Shown here: positions 18,179 to 26,522 of the stretch, piece by piece
How positions within the stretch are numbered: the first letter of the stretch is position 1
Layout: the number at the start of each line of letters is the position of its first letter
Source: Candidatus Bathyarchaeia archaeon
Lineage (GTDB): Archaea; Thermoproteota; Bathyarchaeia; Bathyarchaeales; Bathycorpusculaceae
Assembly (NCBI GenBank): GCA_050012755.1
Contig: JBEKGO010000032.1
Span: 1 to 28,665, forward strand
Length of the DNA: 28,665 nt
Direction of reading: 5' to 3'
Notes under the pieces: generated by a model
Database searches by the model: none
What the model saw: the letters and a program-made list of their open reading frames with translations, nothing else
What the model was told of the DNA's origin: nothing
Made by a program: the position numbers and the translations under genes

Positions 18179-19456
18179 TTGAAATTAATTTACGTTGCAA
18201 TTGACGGCATGGGAGATTTACCAATTAAAAGTCTAGGCAACAAAACACCTTTGGAAGCCGCAGAAACTCCTAACATGGATGCTCTCGCAAAAAACGGCAA
18301 AATTGGCTTGATGTATTCGGTGAAGAAGGGTGTAGCGCCTGAGAGCGATGTTGCAGTTATTTCTCTTTTAGGTTATGACCCTTTCAAATACAGCACTGGC
18401 AGAGGCGTTATTGAAGCGGCTGGTGCAGGCTTGAAAATGAAGGATGGCGATTTAGCGTTAAGATGCAATTTTGCAACTTTAGGCGAAGGAAAAACAATAA
18501 TTGATCGTCGAGTGGCAAGAAGCCTAAGCACTGAGGAAGCCACCGAGTTAAGCCAAACTGCTAACAAGCAAGTCAAGCTTGAATCTTACCCTGCAACATT
18601 TGAATTCAGAAACACAATGGGTCACAGGGCAGTTCTGCTAATAAAAAGCAAAAAGAAACCTCTTTCAAGCAACATAACAAACAGCGACCCAGCTTACACA
18701 ATAGTTAACGGCTTAGGGGTTGCACTTGCTAAAGTTGAAATGGTACTAAAAACCTGTGAACCGATGGATAAAACAGAGGGAGCGAAAAATTCTGCAGCTC
18801 TAGTTAACGAGTTTATCGATAAAACCCATAAGCTGTGGGATAGCCACCCAATCAACCTTAAACGTGCAGCCGAGGGTAAGCTTAAAGCTAACGTTGTTTT
18901 AACTCGGGATGCAGGGCATCTTCTTCCAAAATTCTTCAATATAAACGAGAGATACCACGTAAATTTTGCTTGTTTAGCCGATATGCATGCTGAACGAGGC
19001 ATAGCACAACTGGCAGGAATGGAGTCAACGCTTTTGCCGGCTCCTTCAGGCAACCTTCAAAAAGACTGCGAATTAAGAGTCAAAGCGTTACTGGACATAT
19101 TGCCTAAACATGACTGCTTCTATATTCACCTCAAAGGACCAGATGAACCAGGGCATGACGGCAACTGCATTTTGAAAACTCAAATAATTTCGGCTATCGA
19201 CAAATACTTCTTTGGACCATTACTAAAACAAATTTCTCTCGAAGACAACCTAATCTGCATAACTGCAGACCACGCAACCCCTTGCGCTTTAAAAGTACAC
19301 AGCGACACTCCAGTTCCAGTATTGATTTCAGGAGACAAAATAGAAGGTGGCAGAGCTGTGAAGTTTTCAGAGAAAGAATGCGCCAAAGGAAGCTTGGGCA
19401 CAATAGATCGCGGTTGCGAATTAATGCCAAAACTTATAGAACTATTAAAAAAATAA
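18179..19456 (+). CDS. apgM: 2,3-bisphosphoglycerate-independent phosphoglycerate mutase (archaeal ApgM)
   Basis: IDGMGD, TPLEAA.TPNMD, PESD, GRG.IEA.G, HLKGPDEPGHDG, TADHATP, HSDTPVP. Confidence 0.94.
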   Translation: MKLIYVAIDGMGDLPIKSLGNKTPLEAAETPNMDALAKNGKIGLMYSVKKGVAPESDVAVISLLGYDPFKYSTGRGVIEAAGAGLKMKDGDLALRCNFATLGEGKTIIDRRVARSLSTEEATELSQTANKQVKLESYPATFEFRNTMGHRAVLLIKSKKKPLSSNITNSDPAYTIVNGLGVALAKVEMVLKTCEPMDKTEGAKNSAALVNEFIDKTHKLWDSHPINLKRAAEGKLKANVVLTRDAGHLLPKFFNINERYHVNFACLADMHAERGIAQLAGMESTLLPAPSGNLQKDCELRVKALLDILPKHDCFYIHLKGPDEPGHDGNCILKTQIISAIDKYFFGPLLKQISLEDNLICITADHATPCALKVHSDTPVPVLISGDKIEGGRAVKFSEKECAKGSLGTIDRGCELMPKLIELLKK

Positions 19457-19466
19457 GGTAAAGAAT

Positions 19467-19802
19467 ATGGCTTATTTGAAAGAGCAAAAAGACAAACTTG
19501 AAATTTCATACCCGCTTAATGTCATTTGGGAAGCAATTCCGAAAGCAATAGAGAAACTTCAGTGGAAAATCCAAGAAACTGATGAAGCTACCCACCATCT
19601 TATAGTTAAAACAAAAGGTGGCTTCATATCTTACCCCTCAAATCTGAAAATTGACCTTGTAGTCACCGATGAGAAAACAACACAAATGTCTGTTATAGCT
19701 GAAACTCCCGTGACTACAATAACGTCTATGGCAGATTATGGAAGAAACGACGAACGTATAGGCAAGTTCGTAACCACCCTTGCCAAGCTAATGAGCGGTT
19801 AA
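19467..19802 (+). CDS. Hypothetical protein
   Basis: 111-aa ORF 10 nt downstream of apgM, same strand. Confidence 0.75.
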   Translation: MAYLKEQKDKLEISYPLNVIWEAIPKAIEKLQWKIQETDEATHHLIVKTKGGFISYPSNLKIDLVVTDEKTTQMSVIAETPVTTITSMADYGRNDERIGKFVTTLAKLMSG

Positions 19803-19809
19803 ACGATTT

Positions 19810-20766
19810 TTATTCAAGTATTTGTGAGCGCTTCAGTGCAACCCAAGCTACTATCATAAGACCCGCAATGTATGCTGCAGCTATGCTTATCGACCTTATT
19901 GCAACTAGAGCCGTTGATTCAGTGTAAGATACGATGTTTGTTATAGCCGCTGTTGCATTGCCCGACATCAGAGCTGTGCTGTTTGTTTTGAAATAGGTAA
20001 CGTTCGCTGAAGGATAAAGCGCATAATTAACTATGTTGGCTCCTATGTTGTCTGTGCCTGCACCTACCGAAGTGCCGTTACCAGCAAGTATCACTCCGCT
20101 TGCTCCAGTTCCAGGGAAATAATTAAGCGTAGGAGAAGGCCCAGAAAATTCACCAATTATTGGTGCAGAAAAAAAGAAGGCTAGAAATAGGATTATAGCT
20201 ACAATAACGGTCATGATGGTGTTTTTCGATATGGATCCAACTGCAAACAGTAAGGATACCCATATGAAAGTGCTTACTAGGCTTCCAATAACCATCACGG
20301 GTATATATTGAAGATTGTTTTGTGGACCATAAGCAATGAGTGATGCTACGGATATGTATCCGTACAAAACAATGTACGAAACAGCCAAAATTATGAATGT
20401 TCCGAAAACTTTACCTAGGAAAATCATCGTTCGGGAAACAGGCTTGGTCACTAGAGGCACGATGCTTCCGCTTTCGAACTCGCTTGAGATGCTGTTTGCA
20501 GCTGTTCCAATCGCGAGAAGCAAGAACACAAAGCCTGAGCCGCCAAATGTTATGGCGTAATTGGGATTAGCAGCTATTTTTGTTCCCTGGTTTGCGCTGA
20601 TTACAACGGGCAGTACCAGAATCAACGTGGCGATGACAAATACAGCTGCGATAATGCCTATGAATTTTTTCTTTCGAATATTCCATAGCATTTCATATCT
20701 AACTATGGCCCAGAAGCGACTGAACCAGCTCGGGCGATTATTCTTTGGATTCTGATTCGTTGTCAT
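19810..20766 (-). CDS. ABC-2 type transporter permease
   Basis: Multi-TM; SISSEFESGSIVPLVTKPVSRTMIFLGK signature. Confidence 0.92.
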   Translation of the reverse strand: MTTNQNPKNNRPSWFSRFWAIVRYEMLWNIRKKKFIGIIAAVFVIATLILVLPVVISANQGTKIAANPNYAITFGGSGFVFLLLAIGTAANSISSEFESGSIVPLVTKPVSRTMIFLGKVFGTFIILAVSYIVLYGYISVASLIAYGPQNNLQYIPVMVIGSLVSTFIWVSLLFAVGSISKNTIMTVIVAIILFLAFFFSAPIIGEFSGPSPTLNYFPGTGASGVILAGNGTSVGAGTDNIGANIVNYALYPSANVTYFKTNSTALMSGNATAAITNIVSYTESTALVAIRSISIAAAYIAGLMIVAWVALKRSQILE

Positions 20767-21713
20767 TGTGCCTTTCCTTCTTTGTCTTTAGTGACAAGTT
20801 GAATGAATATGTCTTCCAAGTTAGCGTTTTTCTGGCTCATTCCAATAATAACTCCCCCTGCTCCTGTTATCGCTTTGGAAATCTGTGCCCGCACGTCATC
20901 GTAAGTTTTTACCTGAATCATCAATGTGTTGCCCGTTTTCCAAGTGCCTGAAACATAGGGTAAGCTCTTTACTGCAGCTATAACGGCAGTTGACAAATCG
21001 ACTAATTCAATGTGTATCATGGCGGGACCAAGTTGGCCTGAAATGTTCTGAGGAGTATCAGAAACCAGCATTGAGCCTTGGTTGATAATTGTGACGTGGT
21101 CGCAGATTTGCTCGACTTCAAAAAGCAAATGCGATGAAAGGAAAACCGTCATGCCTTCTTTAGAGATGTTTTTTACCAGTTCTCGGACTTCAACCATTCC
21201 AACTGGGTCTAAACCTATGCTTGGCTCATCCAAAATAACCAGTTCGGGATTATTCAGAAGAGCTTGGGCTATGCCGATCCGTTGTTGCATGCCTTTGCTG
21301 TATTTTCCGATAAGGTCGTTTTCTCTACCCTTCAAGCCGACCATTTCAATTAGCTTAGGAATTTGTTCAGTTCTCTGCTGCTCCGTCATTCCGTACATTC
21401 GCCCGTAAATATCAAGCAGTTCGGCGCCTTTGAGGTGCTTAGGAAACTTGGGCAACTCAGACATGTAACCGATGCCTAAGCGTGAATCGGCGTCATCAAC
21501 ATGCACTTCTTGCCCCAACACTTTAACCGAACCAGAAGTAGGTCTGAGCAGACCGACAAGAATTTTAATGGTCGTTGTTTTTCCAGCGCCATTTGGACCT
21601 AAAAAACCGTGAATTGTGTTTTTTTGGACTTTTAAATTTAACTTATTTACTGCTGTTAAAGAACCGAAATTCTTGGTTAAGTCAGTGGTTTCGATGACGT
21701 AGTCCATGGTCAA
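20763..21713 (-). CDS. ABC transporter ATP-binding protein
   Basis: GPNGAGKTT, YSKGMQQR, ILDEP, SSH; the real start may be ATG at 21707. Confidence 0.96.
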   Translation of the reverse strand: MTMDYVIETTDLTKNFGSLTAVNKLNLKVQKNTIHGFLGPNGAGKTTTIKILVGLLRPTSGSVKVLGQEVHVDDADSRLGIGYMSELPKFPKHLKGAELLDIYGRMYGMTEQQRTEQIPKLIEMVGLKGRENDLIGKYSKGMQQRIGIAQALLNNPELVILDEPSIGLDPVGMVEVRELVKNISKEGMTVFLSSHLLFEVEQICDHVTIINQGSMLVSDTPQNISGQLGPAMIHIELVDLSTAVIAAVKSLPYVSGTWKTGNTLMIQVKTYDDVRAQISKAITGAGGVIIGMSQKNANLEDIFIQLVTKDKEGKAQ

Positions 21714-21854
21714 GCACTTCTTTCAATGGCTTAAGTGAGAGTTCAGATATAAGCTTTAACATGCCCTAGGAGTTTCTAAGCTTTAGAATGAACTACGATG
21801 TTAGCGTAGAAAATTATATCTCTTCTTCATGCTCCATTAATTAATTCATTTAAG

Positions 21855-22274
21855 GTGAACTGCATGGGTGCTAAGCGTGAACCAATCACTATCAACGGCA
21901 GAAGCATAGGAATAGCCATTTTAACTGCAGAACAACTATTTATCGGAGTTATACATTTTCTCGTTGGATTGCTGCTTTTGGTCTCCAGCTCAGCCATTCT
22001 ATCATCAGCACTAACCTATGACGTTTACACAGCAGTTTTTGGCTTCCTCGTTTCAGTTTTTGCATGGTTCATTTGGCGAGGCAAAAAAGCAGGTTGGGTA
22101 GGCACAGTTGCCGTCTTAGTCTTTGTAATTGTTGTAGACACCCTAAGGGTGCTAAATTTGCCCAGCATTCCTGGAATTCCAAATTTTGCTCCTCCAACAG
22201 AGATAACCTGGAGTATTCTGGTTATGATTTACATGAGCACAAAAAATGTGAGAAAAAAGTTTGGAATCAGCTAG
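21855..22274 (+). CDS. Hypothetical membrane protein (4 TM)
   Basis: 139 aa, four hydrophobic segments. Confidence 0.75.
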   Translation: MNCMGAKREPITINGRSIGIAILTAEQLFIGVIHFLVGLLLLVSSSAILSSALTYDVYTAVFGFLVSVFAWFIWRGKKAGWVGTVAVLVFVIVVDTLRVLNLPSIPGIPNFAPPTEITWSILVMIYMSTKNVRKKFGIS

Positions 22275-23010
22275 TTTGGGGAGCTCGCTTCATCCAGTCA
22301 TGCCCATAAATTTCGGCTTCTCCGCTTTCAATGCCCTCGACTATCCGTTGCGCGGTGTACTCTGGCGGGTCAGCTCTGCTGAATGCTTCATGTGCCTCTG
22401 ATGATTCCTGTTGCCCTTGCAATGAAGCATCTTTAATGGTGTTTTTTTCGAAGTCAGTAAGCGTAATATATGGGTAAACAACGCTGACAACAATCTTGTC
22501 TTTCTCAAGTTCCTCTCTAGCCGTTAAGCTGATATGAGCTAGCGCCCGCTTTAAACCTGAATATGGACCGTTATCAGGCAAATACATCAAAGCTGTTCCT
22601 GAGCTCACGTTAACAATTGTCCCGCCGCCTTGTTGTCGCATTATGGGAATGACTTCTTTCATAGCAACCACTGGACCTACTACGTCTAGATCGAAGATGT
22701 AATGGAAAATCTCGATGTCCGTATGCTCGACTGGAGTATCATATCCACAGCCCGCGTTATTTATCAAAATATCGATCCTTCCAAAATGGTCATACGCCTG
22801 TTTAACCATTTTTTTGACTTCTTCAACTTTGGAAATATCTGCAGAAATGGCAATTGCATTAGGAAGTTCCATAGCTAGGCGCTCAAGTTTGTCTTTGGAG
22901 CGTGCGACCAATGCTTGTTTCGCGCCTCTGCTGGAAAGAATTCTTGCTGTAGCTAGTCCGATGCCACCGGATGCACCAGTTACAATTGTAACTTTACCTT
23001 TGATATCCAT
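22267..23010 (-). CDS. Short-chain dehydrogenase/reductase
   Basis: TGASGGIG, NNAG, NVSS, YSGLK catalytic motif. Confidence 0.93.
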   Translation of the reverse strand: MDIKGKVTIVTGASGGIGLATARILSSRGAKQALVARSKDKLERLAMELPNAIAISADISKVEEVKKMVKQAYDHFGRIDILINNAGCGYDTPVEHTDIEIFHYIFDLDVVGPVVAMKEVIPIMRQQGGGTIVNVSSGTALMYLPDNGPYSGLKRALAHISLTAREELEKDKIVVSVVYPYITLTDFEKNTIKDASLQGQQESSEAHEAFSRADPPEYTAQRIVEGIESGEAEIYGHDWMKRAPQTS

Positions 23011-23116
23011 AAAATTTCGCCATTATTAGGGAACCTTTCAGGTTTATAAAAAGAATTCTCTATTCTTTCTTGACAAAATTATGGAACCTCTTTAGCTAAA
23101 GGTTCTTTTGCTAGGT

Positions 23117-23527
23117 TCAAGAAAACCTTTCTTGAAGCGTATTCAGATAGGATGGCAAACTTTCAATGCATGTGATATCTCTGCCAACCAACGCCTGCAA
23201 GTCAAGCCAAAACCTCATATTCGGTTTGATTATTGCCCTTTCCAAATCGTGTTTAAGGCGCAATGTACCTTCTTTTCATCTGCGATCAAAATCCAACAAA
23301 AGAATTACCTCGTTGACTCTTAATTCTTCTATTGCCTCGGCTGCTTGCAGAAACGATTTTCCGCCTGTTTTCAAAGTCATAATCTTGCCATTCACGCCTA
23401 ACGCTTGAAGGGCTGCCTCATCCTTTTTGCCTTCAACAACAATCAGTTTGTCATTTGCTGATTCTTCAGCCAGTTTAGCTATTATTTGCTGGATTTTTTC
23501 CTCTTTGTCTTTAAGCTTTGTAGACAA
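23117..23527 (-). pseudogene. Small archaeal Toprim-domain protein interrupted by an in-frame TGA (23276-23278)
   Basis: IVVEGKKD...LLDFDRR*KEGTLRLKHDLERAIIKPNMRFWLDLQALVGRDITCIESLPSYLNTLQERFS*; the frame stays open for 52 more codons. Confidence 0.8.
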
Positions 23528-23532
23528 GTATT

Positions 23533-24621
23533 TTACCTAGTAATTTTCGCTTGCCGCACAGTCTCCAAGCAATCCTTAGCTTCACTGTTATGTGCAAAGT
23601 AACGTCTAACAGGTTCCAGAATATCTGCAAGTTCAGCTGCAACGCTGTTTTTGAGGTCCATAGGATGCAGCTTGCCTTCAGCGTAAGCGGATTCAAGTTC
23701 TTGGAAGCTTTGAAACTCAATGTTGCCTCCAAATTTGGTTGGGCGCTCAATTTTCAAATTGGGTTTTTCTCGGAAAACTATGTATTTGCAAATGTCCATT
23801 ATCGGGTTGAATTTAACGGTTTTTTCGGGACAGAATGCTCTGCCCATTTTCTGTTTGATTTCTTCTGGAGTGTCGTAGATGAAAATACAGGTTTGAGGTT
23901 TGCTCTTAGACATCTTGGCTGAGGCAACCGCTTCTTTCTCTTGACCCTCAGGAATAGGCCAAATCGAAGGTTTTTCTAGGCCCTGAAGCAGGTGGTGATG
24001 AACGCAGACTGGTTTCCAACAGCCTACTTTTTCGCCGATTTCCCTTGCAACCATATTTGCTTTTCGCTGGTCCATGCCTAACTGGCAAATTTTGACTTTC
24101 ATCTCGAAAATGTCAGCAACTTGCATAGGTGTATAAAGGTAATCTGAGACGTAGTGTGCTTCCCCTTCTTTTCTGCCAGCGATTTCAAGTGTTCTTGTGG
24201 TTCGGGCTAAGGTGAGGTCCTTTGAAATTATGACTGTTTTAGCCCAATAATCAATGTCTTTGTATAGCTCATCTGAATAAATGAATTCAATTTTGTCGCC
24301 GGGAACACCTAATGCAAGCCATGAGTGTCTAAAGAGGTCAGCGGCTTTGCGTATAAGTGCTCGGTCGCCGCCCAGCTTATTGTTTAACCATGCATGCCAA
24401 GTCGCTAAAAACGCTTTGAAATGGACGCCTGCTTCGGCGAAGTCTTTCATTTTGTAAGCGCAAATAACACCCGTTCCCAGATGAGCCAAGCCAGAGGGCT
24501 CCCAACCGTTGTAAGCTATAGGATGCTCTTCTGTTTCCAGAAGCTGGCGCAAATCTTCTGGAGTAACTACTTCTTCTGTCGGTGGCCTGCAGATTAACTC
24601 AATTTTCGTTTCTATGTCCAA
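23533..24621 (-). CDS. tyrS: Tyrosine--tRNA ligase (archaeal type)
   Basis: YNGWEPSG..HLG, YTPMQVAD, GMDQRK, KMSKS, LHPMDLK. Confidence 0.97.
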   Translation of the reverse strand: MDIETKIELICRPPTEEVVTPEDLRQLLETEEHPIAYNGWEPSGLAHLGTGVICAYKMKDFAEAGVHFKAFLATWHAWLNNKLGGDRALIRKAADLFRHSWLALGVPGDKIEFIYSDELYKDIDYWAKTVIISKDLTLARTTRTLEIAGRKEGEAHYVSDYLYTPMQVADIFEMKVKICQLGMDQRKANMVAREIGEKVGCWKPVCVHHHLLQGLEKPSIWPIPEGQEKEAVASAKMSKSKPQTCIFIYDTPEEIKQKMGRAFCPEKTVKFNPIMDICKYIVFREKPNLKIERPTKFGGNIEFQSFQELESAYAEGKLHPMDLKNSVAAELADILEPVRRYFAHNSEAKDCLETVRQAKITR

Positions 24622-24693
24622 AGTAGGCTCATCTTCCTTGTGTTTCCTATTTAATGTGGGTGTAGAACTTAAAAATTTAGTATGTTTCAGTAG

Positions 24694-24808
24694 GAGATAG
24701 AGAACGCTAATTAATGAAGAAGCGTTGTTGTTTGCGAAATACCTGAGAAATGAAAGAAAAGATTGGGTTCCAAGACTCCCAAATATTAAGGCTGAATACG
24801 GTTCTTGA
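24694..24808 (+). pseudogene. cas1: Probable Cas1 (Cas1-solo/casposase-like) C-terminal remnant
   Basis: EIE/(+1)/TLINEEALLFAKYLRNERKDWVPRLPNIK..*; resembles the terminal helix of archaeal Cas1 proteins (recognised from memory, not searched); no start codon, upstream stop and frameshift. Confidence 0.55.
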
Positions 24809-25445
24809 GTTTACATTCATTTCTGTTTGGACATCCACCATATACTTCGCATTTCCATTCTTCGCCTTCAGTATATTCTCGTAGTGAAATTGAAGAGTAA
24901 CCAATAACTTCATTTTTAGCAGACAAGCAAGGATAAACAATTTTTGAATCCTGATTAATTACTTTCACAAAAATCTTTCCAAATTGAGCTATAAAATCTG
25001 TAAATTCTTTTTTAACGCTTCTAATATGGGTGTCAATGTTTGGTATTGATATTTTTTTAGATGTTCCTTCTTCGCCAATTGGTGTGTTTGAATATCCTAT
25101 TTCATCTTCACCAAAGAGAATTGCGAAACCTGATAAATAATGAGTTGATTGGCTTCTTATGGAATGCACTTCTTCATACCAATCTGTAGATTCGAGAAGC
25201 TTAGAGTATTCAGGATTTATGTTTGTTTGGTTCAAAAAACGAGTTTTTTGTTTATTAAATAATCGGGGAATACCGTTAGTGTGATAAATATTCCAAAGAA
25301 TATAGCTGAGACTCTCAAATAAAGAATAGATTGAATTAAGAAAAACTTCATATTTTATTTGTAAAATGAACAATTCTCTATGATTACTTACTCTCAATGT
25401 TTTTAACTCATTCACCTCTTCAGCTGCTTTGGTTAATTGTGACAT
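24786..25445 (-). CDS. HEPN-domain protein (Cthe_2314-like), putative RNase
   Basis: Start reassigned to ATG 25445 after GAGGTT; N-terminal YEVFLNSIYSLFESL helix and RxxxxH motif IRSQSTH; visibly AT-rich; Cys-rich C-terminus. Confidence 0.7.
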   Translation of the reverse strand: MSQLTKAAEEVNELKTLRVSNHRELFILQIKYEVFLNSIYSLFESLSYILWNIYHTNGIPRLFNKQKTRFLNQTNINPEYSKLLESTDWYEEVHSIRSQSTHYLSGFAILFGEDEIGYSNTPIGEEGTSKKISIPNIDTHIRSVKKEFTDFIAQFGKIFVKVINQDSKIVYPCLSAKNEVIGYSSISLREYTEGEEWKCEVYGGCPNRNECKLKNRIQP

Positions 25446-25734
25446 AACCTCTTCGTACAAAATTGAAACGGCTGCAGTTTTGCCAGCAATCGTGAATGAC
25501 CAAAGAATTGCGTTTGGTAAGCGTTTTTCTCCATTCAAAAACTTGTGAAATAATGTGTATTCCTTAAGGTTTGATTTTGGAGCTAATTCTGTTCTTTCCA
25601 ATAAACTTCTCTCCAACCAAAGCATATATTTTTGCCTTTGATAATTAGAGGCTTTGCTATTTTCTAATTCTGCAGCTTTTCTTAAACATTTAGTTATCAA
25701 TGCAAAAACAGAGCCCTCCGCAAGCCTCAGTGGA

Positions 25735-25862
25735 AGACTGAGTTTGACAGGGACAGACTGACTGACAGAGGCTGACTGACAGACATTAGGCACGCGGGTG
25801 CGTGGGAGAGTAGGAGTGAGAGTACGTAGTCGTAGGCGTACGTTCGAGAGAGAGAGAGAGAA
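25735..25862 (+). repeat. GACT/GACA tract, CGTA repeats and (GA)n microsatellite
   Basis: gacagactgactgacagaggctgactgacagac...agtacgtagtcgtaggcgtacgttc-gagagagagagagaga. Confidence 0.7.
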
Positions 25863-25945
25863 AGATTAAAATTTAATCCAACCTCAACCCACTCCGCATA
25901 AGTTTCAACGTGAGCTTGACAACGGTCAGTAGCATTTTCAGATTT

Positions 25946-26197
25946 TTAAATTTTAGGCTTAATTCTTTTGGTTAACCGAATCATATATTTTTTGTTATCG
26001 ATGTTTTTTATGCGGCTATCAATTAGTCCCTGTTTTTTTGCTTCACTCACGACTTCGTTGAAGGATACTAACTGAGGAGATGCAGCTTTCTTATTGGTTA
26101 GGATTACCCACATTTCATTGTACACATTCTTATTCTCTTCAAGAAACCGCGTTAGTTCTTCTAGACTTTTTGGTTCAAAAGACACTGAGTCAACCAC
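25946..26197 (-). CDS. YdeI/OmpD-associated family N-terminal-domain protein
   Basis: EMWVILTNKK...VSFNEVVSEA...GLIDS..K.ID...Y.IRLT.R pattern. Confidence 0.65.
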   Translation of the reverse strand: MVDSVSFEPKSLEELTRFLEENKNVYNEMWVILTNKKAASPQLVSFNEVVSEAKKQGLIDSRIKNIDNKKYMIRLTKRIKPKI

Positions 26198-26522
26198 GAG
26201 TTAACACTTCCATTTTTACGGGCTGTTTGTCGCCCAAGTAACCTAACACTTAACCGCATTGCTGAGCGTTGCTTTTTGCTTGGCTAAGTTCTCTCGGCTT
26301 GGGACTTTTTTTCGCCCGTGCCTTGCCTGTTCCATAATTGGGTAGAACTCGCTCGTCATGGGTGCAAGCTTTGTGTTTCTTGCGTACCTCTGTTGAGTCC
26401 GTCGTTATGGGTGCTCAATTTTGGCAAGGCAACAGAAATAGTTGTGAGGTGTTGGTTAAATGTTGCTGTAAGGCTACATGAATTTTTTGACGCCAGCGCA
26501 TCGCTCACGGCAATTAACTTTT

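Noticed and set aside
23276-23278. Genome-wide TGA=Gly recoding or selenocysteine
   Set aside because: Other genes here end at TGA (xpf, vapB, ABC ATPase), and the position aligns with Gly rather than Cys.
25446-25793. N-terminal extension of the 335-aa ORF
   Set aside because: Starts inside the low-complexity tract; a better SD-ATG lies at 25445. Extensions at 6013, 11368 and 16669 were trimmed for similar reasons.
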